Shown: positions 43,222-50,209 of the stretch, in pieces
How the letters are laid out: each line of letters starts with the position of its first letter
Numbering within the stretch: position 1 is the stretch's first letter
Origin: a virus
Lineage: Duplodnaviria; Caudoviricetes
Direction: 5' to 3' (one strand)
DNA length: 50,209 nucleotides
Virus record (IMG/VR): IMGVR_UViG_3300027373_000004
Location: 1 to 50,209 of that record
The notes under the pieces: model-generated
Seen by the model: the letters and a program-made list of their open reading frames with translations, nothing else
The model's database searches: none
What the model was told of the DNA's origin: nothing
Made by a program: the position numbers and the translations under genes

Positions 43222-45186
43222 TCAAAGAAAACGGTTGACCAACTCCTCGACAGCATCAATGGAAAACGGTTTGGCCAGGGCGGCGGCAAAGTGGTACTCG
43301 CTAAATTGCAGCATCACTTCGCTGCCGCTGTCACCGCTGATGGCGACCAGGGCGGCCTCGGGGTCGAGGGCCACGATCTTGCGCGCCGCCTCCAATCCGC
43401 CCATGCCCACCTTCACCCGCAGATCGAGCAACACCAGGTCAAACCTCTTGCCTTCAGCAAGCCGCTGCCGGTACAGGCTGATCGCCTCTTCGCCATTTGT
43501 GGCCAAGGCAACCGTACAGCCATAATGCTCAAACATTTTTTTATTGATCAGCCGCATCATTTCCTCGTCATCCATGACCAGGATCAGACGTCCCCGCCCT
43601 TTTTGGGCATGGAAATGAGGATCGACGACCACCTCCATCCGCAAGGGAAAATACAGGGCGAGCGTGCAACCGCCAGCCGGGGGCGTTTCGATCCAGACCG
43701 TTCCGCCGTGCTTCTTGACAATGGCATGCACGATGGTCAAGCCTAAGCCCATCCCCTTCTGGGCCCCCTTCTGCTTGGTTGAAAAATAGGGGTCAAAAAC
43801 CTGATCCAGGAAGGCCGGCGCGATGCCTGGGCCGGAATCGCTGAAGGTGATGCGGACAAGCTCCCCGCCCGGGACAGACTGACCGGTTCTGGCCGCCTCG
43901 TCGCCGCCGTCGACCCGATCGACGCAGACCTCGATGCAACCATCCGCCCCCATGGCCTCCACCGCATTTTTGGTGAGATTGGCAAAAACCTGGCGGATCA
44001 GATTGGGATCTACCGTCATGGCCAGCTGCTCATCGCCACACTGAAGACGGTAACTGATCCCGGTGAGTCGCAAATCCTGGGACAGGACCTCATCGATCAA
44101 AGAGTGGAGCAGCACCTGTGATTTCTGCGGCAGATAATTGTCGGAAAAGGTAGTGAACTGGCGAATCAACTGGGTAGTGAGTTGCAGCGCCTTGGCCGCT
44201 TCTCCCAGCAACTGGCTGACGTTTTGATCCCGGCTGATGTAGTGCGCCATCTCGACATTGCCATTGATGATGGTCAGCAGATTATTGAAATCATGCGCTA
44301 TGCCACTGGCCATCAGCGACATGGCATCCAGTTTGCGGACGCGCTGCAGCTCCTTTTCCAATTGACGCTGGCGTTGCTCCAACACCTTGCGCCGGCTGAC
44401 GTCCTGCAGAATACCGATGATAAAAAAGGTCTCGTCTTCGGGCACCGGCACAAGGTTGAGGGTTACCTGCCGCTCTCCCATCGGAATCGGTTCGTCGTAG
44501 GAGAATACCAGGGGAACGAAGCTGGCGGAGACATCGAGCTGCCCCATCCATGCCAATATTTGCTCTCGGGCTGATTCAGGCAGCAGATAGACAAGAGGCC
44601 CCCCCAGCACCTGTGCCTCGGGTTGGGCGAACAGCTTGACGGCGGCGGCGTTGGCCATGACAATCCGGCCTTCGTGATTGAGTTCGACCACACCCTCGGT
44701 CATCCTCTTCAGGATAACTTCCCGGTGTCTTTTGCTCACCAGCAGTTCGCTGGTGACCTCGCGCGGATACAACCCTTCCAGGCCCTGAATCTTGCCGTTT
44801 CCGCCACGCTGATTGGCGATAAAACGATCAAGGGCTGTCTTGATGTGCGTCTTCATGGTTGCCGCCGGCCCTTTGGCAATGCAGACATCGGCTCCGATCC
44901 GCACGGTGGCGTCATTGTCCTCCAAGGCGACACCGGAGAGGACAACTAAAAATATATCCTGGAGTTCCGGAGTGTTGCGGATAATGTAACTGAGTTTTTC
45001 GCCATCGATCTTCGGCATGATCAGATCGGTAAACACAATATCGGGACGCCGCCTGGCGATACAGTCCAAGGCCTCCAGGCCGTCCTCGGCAACCTGCACA
45101 CAACACCCCTCGGCCTCGAGAACATAACTGAGAATCCGGCGAATGACCGGACTGTTGTCGACGACAAGCGCTTGAATTTCACTCAT
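43222..45186 (-). CDS. Hybrid sensor histidine kinase (REC-PAS-HisKA-HATPase-REC)
   Basis: DLIMPKIDG, IAHDFNNLL, DSGPGI, GMGLGL, VMDDE. Confidence 0.95.
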   Translation of the reverse strand: MSEIQALVVDNSPVIRRILSYVLEAEGCCVQVAEDGLEALDCIARRRPDIVFTDLIMPKIDGEKLSYIIRNTPELQDIFLVVLSGVALEDNDATVRIGADVCIAKGPAATMKTHIKTALDRFIANQRGGNGKIQGLEGLYPREVTSELLVSKRHREVILKRMTEGVVELNHEGRIVMANAAAVKLFAQPEAQVLGGPLVYLLPESAREQILAWMGQLDVSASFVPLVFSYDEPIPMGERQVTLNLVPVPEDETFFIIGILQDVSRRKVLEQRQRQLEKELQRVRKLDAMSLMASGIAHDFNNLLTIINGNVEMAHYISRDQNVSQLLGEAAKALQLTTQLIRQFTTFSDNYLPQKSQVLLHSLIDEVLSQDLRLTGISYRLQCGDEQLAMTVDPNLIRQVFANLTKNAVEAMGADGCIEVCVDRVDGGDEAARTGQSVPGGELVRITFSDSGPGIAPAFLDQVFDPYFSTKQKGAQKGMGLGLTIVHAIVKKHGGTVWIETPPAGGCTLALYFPLRMEVVVDPHFHAQKGRGRLILVMDDEEMMRLINKKMFEHYGCTVALATNGEEAISLYRQRLAEGKRFDLVLLDLRVKVGMGGLEAARKIVALDPEAALVAISGDSGSEVMLQFSEYHFAAALAKPFSIDAVEELVNRFL

Positions 45187-45547
45187 GGCTAAGCAGCTCC
45201 TTCACAGCCTCGGCAAGCTCCCGCACATCAAAGGGCTTGCTGAATACTTTGTCCGCACCAAGTTCCTGGGCGGCCGGCAGATAGGCTTCGGGCCCGATGC
45301 GGCCGCCGCCGGAAATGGCGATGATCTTGACGCCGGGATACTCTTTTTTCAAGGAGGAAATGGTCTCCAGACCCTCCTGTTCAGGCATGATCAGGTCGGT
45401 GATCACCAGATCGGCCGGCTGTTTGCGTTGTTTCTGCATCCCCTCCCGGCCGTCGCCGGCCTCGACGACCTCATAGCCAGCCCACTCCATCACCTGACGC
45501 AGCAGTGTCCGCATCTGATCGTCATCGTCAATAACCAATACTCTCAT
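45179..45547 (-). CDS. Single-domain response regulator
   Basis: VLVIDDD, DLIMP, KPF. Confidence 0.95.
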   Translation of the reverse strand: MRVLVIDDDDQMRTLLRQVMEWAGYEVVEAGDGREGMQKQRKQPADLVITDLIMPEQEGLETISSLKKEYPGVKIIAISGGGRIGPEAYLPAAQELGADKVFSKPFDVRELAEAVKELLSHE

Positions 45548-47304
45548 TTTTCTCCCCCATTCCGATTGGGCAGAATCTCCCGGATGGCGAGCGCCAGCAG
45601 CCGCATGTCCACCGGCTTTGCCAGAAAACGGCGGACCCCGGCCCGCTGGGCCTCTTCCGGGGTCACCGCCTCGCTATATCCCGAGCACAGGATGATAGGC
45701 AATTCCGGTTGCATGGCGCTCACCTTGGCGGCAAGCTCCAGGCCGGTTATTCTCGGCATGGTATGGTCGGTAATCAGCAGATCGATCCGCTTTTCTCCCT
45801 TGGCCCAATACTCCAGGGCCTGTTCCGGGCTGGTCGCCGGCAGTACCCGGTATCCCAAATGGGAAAGCATGCGAGTGCGCATGATTACGATATCCTCCTC
45901 ATCGTCGACGAAGAGAATGGTTTCGCTCCCCTGCGGAAGAGCCTTTTCCTGATCTTCCTCATTGCCGCCGCCATCGGGAACGCGGGGGAAAAAAACGGTG
46001 AAAACCGTACCCATCCCCTCTGAAGAGGTGACATCAACAACGCCGTCGTGCGCAACAATAATACCGTGCAGTACCGCCAGGCCCATGCCGGATCCCTGGC
46101 CAACTTCCCGTGTGGTGAAAAAGGGATCGAAGATGCGCTCAAGCGTTTCCGGAGGCATACCCTTGCCGCTATCCTTGATGGTCAGAACCACATAACGCCC
46201 CGGCGCCAAGTCGTGATAGCGTAGTTGCTCCGCCTTGCCGGTCTCGATCTCCCGCAGCGACACCTCGATCGCCCCGGTGTTGTGCACTAACGATTGAGCG
46301 GCGTTGGTGCACAGATGCATCACTACCTGCTGAATCTGACTGGGATCGGCATGAATCATGCCTATGCCCTCGGGAACGGCAACCGTAATGTCAATGGTTG
46401 ACGGCAGGCTGGAACGCAGCAGTCGGCAGGACTCTTTAACCAGCGGCGCGATCAGGAGATTGCGCCGCTGGTTGGCGGATTGACGGCTGAAAGCCAGAAT
46501 CTGCGCCACCAAGTCCTTGGCCCTGGCGCCAGCCCGCTTGATGGCCTGAACATGTTCGGTGATTTCATCCAGTTTCAGGGGAGGTCCGAAAGGCACCTTC
46601 TCCACCCCCTCTTTCGAGGGCAGGCGATAGAGCAGCAGATCGGCGTTGCCAAGAATGGCGCCAAGAATATTATTGAAATCATGGGCGATGCCGCCAGCGA
46701 GGGTAGCTATCGACTCCAGCTTGTGGGCATGAACCAGCCGCTTTTCCAAATTGCGCTGATGACTGATATCTTTGGCGGAGAAGACATAGCCGACAACCTT
46801 GTCGTCCTCGCACAAGGGCGAGCAACTCACGGAAAAAGTGCGCCCGAGGTACCGGTGGGAGACTTCCTGGCCATGTGGTTTATTTTCAAGACGGACCGTA
46901 TGCATGGGGCAAAACGGACAAGGAGTGTCGGCTCCGGCGAAGAGCTGAAAGCATTGTTTTCCCTCGATGGCCGCCCCGTTGACGGAGAGCAGCTGAAAAG
47001 CGGCCCGGTTGCCTTTAATGATCCGCAACTCGCTATCAAGAACCAGCACCGGGTCTATGATGGCATCGAAGGTATACTGCCATTCGTCCAGAGCTCGTTG
47101 CAGAACCGGACTCATGGTTTGGGCGGCTCCCTCGGCTTTCGTGCCCGCTTGGGCTTCATTGCCGCTGGAAAGCAGCGCAGGCGCCGGGACCACAGAATTT
47201 TCCAACTGGAGCCGAGGCCGGATTCGGACGAAGTAATACAGGACCGAGAAGACGGCGTACGCGGCTAAAAAAAGAAGACCAAGGGTCAACACAGAACTGT
47301 TCAC
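45544..47304 (-). CDS. Membrane-anchored hybrid histidine kinase (TM-PAS-HisKA-HATPase-REC)
   Basis: N-terminal TM, GGIAHDFNNIL, DPFFTT, GSGMGL, FVDDE. Confidence 0.95.
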   Translation of the reverse strand: MNSSVLTLGLLFLAAYAVFSVLYYFVRIRPRLQLENSVVPAPALLSSGNEAQAGTKAEGAAQTMSPVLQRALDEWQYTFDAIIDPVLVLDSELRIIKGNRAAFQLLSVNGAAIEGKQCFQLFAGADTPCPFCPMHTVRLENKPHGQEVSHRYLGRTFSVSCSPLCEDDKVVGYVFSAKDISHQRNLEKRLVHAHKLESIATLAGGIAHDFNNILGAILGNADLLLYRLPSKEGVEKVPFGPPLKLDEITEHVQAIKRAGARAKDLVAQILAFSRQSANQRRNLLIAPLVKESCRLLRSSLPSTIDITVAVPEGIGMIHADPSQIQQVVMHLCTNAAQSLVHNTGAIEVSLREIETGKAEQLRYHDLAPGRYVVLTIKDSGKGMPPETLERIFDPFFTTREVGQGSGMGLAVLHGIIVAHDGVVDVTSSEGMGTVFTVFFPRVPDGGGNEEDQEKALPQGSETILFVDDEEDIVIMRTRMLSHLGYRVLPATSPEQALEYWAKGEKRIDLLITDHTMPRITGLELAAKVSAMQPELPIILCSGYSEAVTPEEAQRAGVRRFLAKPVDMRLLALAIREILPNRNGGEK

Positions 47305-49652
47305 CGCACCTTTCCGGAAAAGAAGGGGGAGCGCTGTCTAAATATCCGCTCCCGAAAAAAATCGATCGTCTTCCGTCGACGATCAACAATCCGCACCTGC
47401 TCGGGAATAAGATCCGAGATACCGTTACGCATGATGGACATCTTATATTCTATGTTGGCAGCAAACCTATTGTCCAGATACCAAGCGTAAAAAAGCCCGA
47501 AAAAGAGCCCCGGTGGCGTAAATCCCTCACCGGGGTTGATCACCCGCGTATAGATCTGCTCCTTCTGCCACAAACGATGCATCCGGGAAAGCCGCAGGTA
47601 GACATCAATGTCCGATGGCTCAAGGAAGCTGACCAGCTGATCTGTATTCCTGACCCGGATCTGATATTTCCGCCCCACTACGTCATTGCCGCACAGCAGA
47701 TCGGTCATCTGCTTTTCCTGGGCATAGTTGCCCAGGAGCGACTGTCCCAGGGCCACCAGGAACACCATCTCAAAGCGGTTGAGGTTATTGACCTGATCTT
47801 GCCGGATTTTAATCCGCTGATCGTGGGGGTCGTAAAAGGAAAAAATGTTGTCCCATTCCTGGCAGCGCTTCCACGATTCCGGTTCGACCAGGGTGATGCC
47901 GCGGATGAATTGCAGATGCTCCACGGGGATGTCGGGGTGGAGCCAGAGGATTTCCAGCACCCGTTCCAGCAGCCAGTTGCGCTCCATCTCCGTCATCTTG
48001 ACCATGGCAAGCGACCCGGCCATAATCAGTTCCGTGCTGAGATAATGCAACTGCGAGCGGATTTTTTCATAGCGAAGACAGGGCGCCAGCTTGGGCTGGT
48101 ACTCGCCCAAGGGTATAAAATCGGCATCCGGCAGCGTCTCCTTGCAGGCGGGTTGCTTGAGATAGCCGGCCCGCTGCAACGCCCACAAACCTTTGATCGC
48201 CCGGGCCAAGGCATCAGGGTCGTGTTGGATGGCGCCGCGCTGCCGCAACTGGTCATTGGAAAAGATCCTTGCCTCCACCGAGCCAAACCCCAGAGCTTGC
48301 ACCCGGTTGCGGTCAATATAAATCGGCTCCTTGTCCTCGAGTGCATAGCGCTGGAGGATTGAACCGGGAATATCGGATAGGTCGAGACCCACCACATGCG
48401 AAAACAACCCATGAACCCCACCGGGAATGTTGCGATGATAGGCCCGAATCAGATCGGAGACGTAAAATTTTCGGTCCGGCGCGTCGCGGGCGGCGTCGGT
48501 CTCGCCTTTCTGCACCCAAATATTGGCAATCAGCACTTTAAGAGCCTTGGCATTCCCGCGGATGGCGTTGGCCAGGCCAGGCACCTGAAGAATGGGAATG
48601 ATCGAGGTGTACAGACTGCCTGGAGCAAATAAAATAATGTCCGCCTGCTGTACCAGTTGAACCACCTCCGGGTGCAGGAAGGGACTGCGGCTGAACTCGA
48701 CAATCACCCGGTCAACCGGACAGCCCCGGCGGGCCTTGCCCGATTTGTATTCGCTGGTGACCAGCACCCCGTTGTTGTAGAGCATCTGCAACTGGGAGAG
48801 CGTGGTGGTGCAGGGCAGAACCGCATGCTGCCGTACGCCGAGGCATGTCGAGAGTTCACCCAGCCCGCGCATCGTCGCCGTCCGCACCACCTGGTATGAA
48901 GCCAACAGCTGGGTGGGGGTCAAGGCGGAATCCAACTGTTTGTAGATGGCGGCGGCTAAAAAAAGATTACCCAGGCATTGGGGCCGGGATAGCGTCGGAC
49001 GCAGGCGCGGATCGCTGTACAGCAGCGCGGTCAGCTCACTGAGGCAGGCAAGCAGCGGTTCAGGCAAATCCGCGAGAGCCGCGCCGGTATCCTGGAGTAA
49101 TTGAGCCGCCGAAGCGGGACGGGTAATGAAGCGATAGTTGAACACCGCATGCAGAGCCGCCGCGCAGCGCCGGGCCGCGGCCCTATCCAGACCGTAAGTC
49201 CGGACGAGGTTTTCCCGGCGGATCGAGGAAATGAGCACATGACGGAAATCGCCAAGGGCAATCAGGGGGAGATCTTTTTGCAACTCACCGGTTGAACCGC
49301 CATCATCGGTAACGCAGACCACCGAACTGACCAGGGGAAAAACCTGTTTCAAGCCGGAAAAAGGGTTGTGCGCCCAGCCCAGACGGCGGGAGTCGCCGCC
49401 GACGATATTGGACAACCCGGTGCCACCCCCGAACACCACCACTTTGGCGGTGCTGGCGTCGAGCGATTCGATCTGCTGCCGGAGTTTACCAAAAAGCGCT
49501 GAGACCATCGGCGGGAGGCCGCTGGAGGTGTTGTCCAGCACAATCGAGGTCACCTTTTCCGCCAGGGTGCCTTCCGGGAGGACATCAAGGATGGAAAAAC
49601 CATCCGAGGTCAGTAACTGCAACTGGTTCTTGAGCTGTTGCTGCCCGGCCAT
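47301..49652 (-). CDS. YvcK/CofD-family protein with long C-terminal extension
   Basis: VVFGGGTGLS, VTDDGGSTGEL, APGSLYTSIIP, HDP; 783 aa. Confidence 0.88.
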   Translation of the reverse strand: MAGQQQLKNQLQLLTSDGFSILDVLPEGTLAEKVTSIVLDNTSSGLPPMVSALFGKLRQQIESLDASTAKVVVFGGGTGLSNIVGGDSRRLGWAHNPFSGLKQVFPLVSSVVCVTDDGGSTGELQKDLPLIALGDFRHVLISSIRRENLVRTYGLDRAAARRCAAALHAVFNYRFITRPASAAQLLQDTGAALADLPEPLLACLSELTALLYSDPRLRPTLSRPQCLGNLFLAAAIYKQLDSALTPTQLLASYQVVRTATMRGLGELSTCLGVRQHAVLPCTTTLSQLQMLYNNGVLVTSEYKSGKARRGCPVDRVIVEFSRSPFLHPEVVQLVQQADIILFAPGSLYTSIIPILQVPGLANAIRGNAKALKVLIANIWVQKGETDAARDAPDRKFYVSDLIRAYHRNIPGGVHGLFSHVVGLDLSDIPGSILQRYALEDKEPIYIDRNRVQALGFGSVEARIFSNDQLRQRGAIQHDPDALARAIKGLWALQRAGYLKQPACKETLPDADFIPLGEYQPKLAPCLRYEKIRSQLHYLSTELIMAGSLAMVKMTEMERNWLLERVLEILWLHPDIPVEHLQFIRGITLVEPESWKRCQEWDNIFSFYDPHDQRIKIRQDQVNNLNRFEMVFLVALGQSLLGNYAQEKQMTDLLCGNDVVGRKYQIRVRNTDQLVSFLEPSDIDVYLRLSRMHRLWQKEQIYTRVINPGEGFTPPGLFFGLFYAWYLDNRFAANIEYKMSIMRNGISDLIPEQVRIVDRRRKTIDFFRERIFRQRSPFFSGKVR

Positions 49653-49710
49653 GAGCTCTCGCTACGGGGAAAGAGAATAAGAGAAAAGACGAGGTCCTGC
49701 GCCAAAAAAC

Positions 49711-50208
49711 CTACACCAATGCGGCCCGCAGCAGCAGTTCCACTCTCTGCAGATCCTTGGGCGTGTCAACCTCCACCGAATCATGACCGGTCAACACCAC
49801 CCGGATGGCATACCCAAATTCAAGGGCTCGCAATTGTTCCAGTTTTTCAAACCGTTCCCACTGCCCCTCCGGCAAGCCAACAAAGGTGACCAGAAACCCT
49901 TTGCGGTAGGCGTAAAACCCCAGGTGCTTGTAATAGGTTGGCTGCACCTTCTCCGCCGGATCCCGCTGAAAAGGGATCGGTGAGCGGGAAAAATACAGGG
50001 CATTGCCGTGGCAGTCGAACACGGTTTTAACATGATTGGGATCGGTGATCTCTTCCGGCCGGATAATTTTATAGATGAGCGTGGCCATCGGCAGCGAGGG
50101 GTCATCGATCAGCGGACGGGCCACCTGTTCAACAATTTCCGCTGGAAACAGGGGCTGATCGCCCTGGATATTGACGATCACGTCCTGATCGGCAATGGCG
50201 AGCGATTG
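49711..50208 (-). CDS. kdsB: 3-deoxy-manno-octulosonate cytidylyltransferase (5' end outside the window)
   Basis: VNIQGDQP, ALYFSRSPIP, KHLGFYAY, EKLEQLRALE, VDTPKDL. Confidence 0.95.
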   Translation of the reverse strand, partial: QSLAIADQDVIVNIQGDQPLFPAEIVEQVARPLIDDPSLPMATLIYKIIRPEEITDPNHVKTVFDCHGNALYFSRSPIPFQRDPAEKVQPTYYKHLGFYAYRKGFLVTFVGLPEGQWERFEKLEQLRALEFGYAIRVVLTGHDSVEVDTPKDLQRVELLLRAALV

Positions 50209-50209
50209 A

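Overview
About 84% of the window (190-42179) is one apparently intact ~42 kb temperate siphovirus-type prophage, bounded by a perfect 28-bp direct repeat (attL 190-217, attR 42152-42179). It is integrated into the last codons of a host J-domain (DnaJ-like) gene. Integration changes that gene's C-terminus and separates a translationally coupled ABC-transporter gene from its operon. The phage is a mosaic. It has a leftward lysogeny operon (cI, BRCT protein, small membrane protein, secreted protein, tyrosine integrase), cro and a CII-like gene, P4/D5-type helicase and zinc-ribbon primase flanking an iteron origin, a lambda-type terminase, gpW and portal, an Ogr/Delta-like activator, a Mu-gpT-like capsid, a non-contractile tail with a -1 frameshift chaperone, and an M15 endolysin. 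The most unusual points are: (1) a lambda-like cosQ/cosN site upstream of the replication genes, with terS and terL scattered through the early/middle operon; (2) a tail tip built from tandem paralogous, Cys-rich proteins I do not recognise; (3) a second putative structural module after the lysis genes; (4) a phage ferredoxin plus radical SAM, ASCH and NTP-pyrophosphatase-like genes; (5) REP-type palindromes inside the phage. The right ~8 kb is host DNA on the minus strand: kdsB (partial), an extended YvcK-family gene, two hybrid histidine kinases, a response regulator and the J-domain gene. All calls come from reading motifs by eye; no searches were run.
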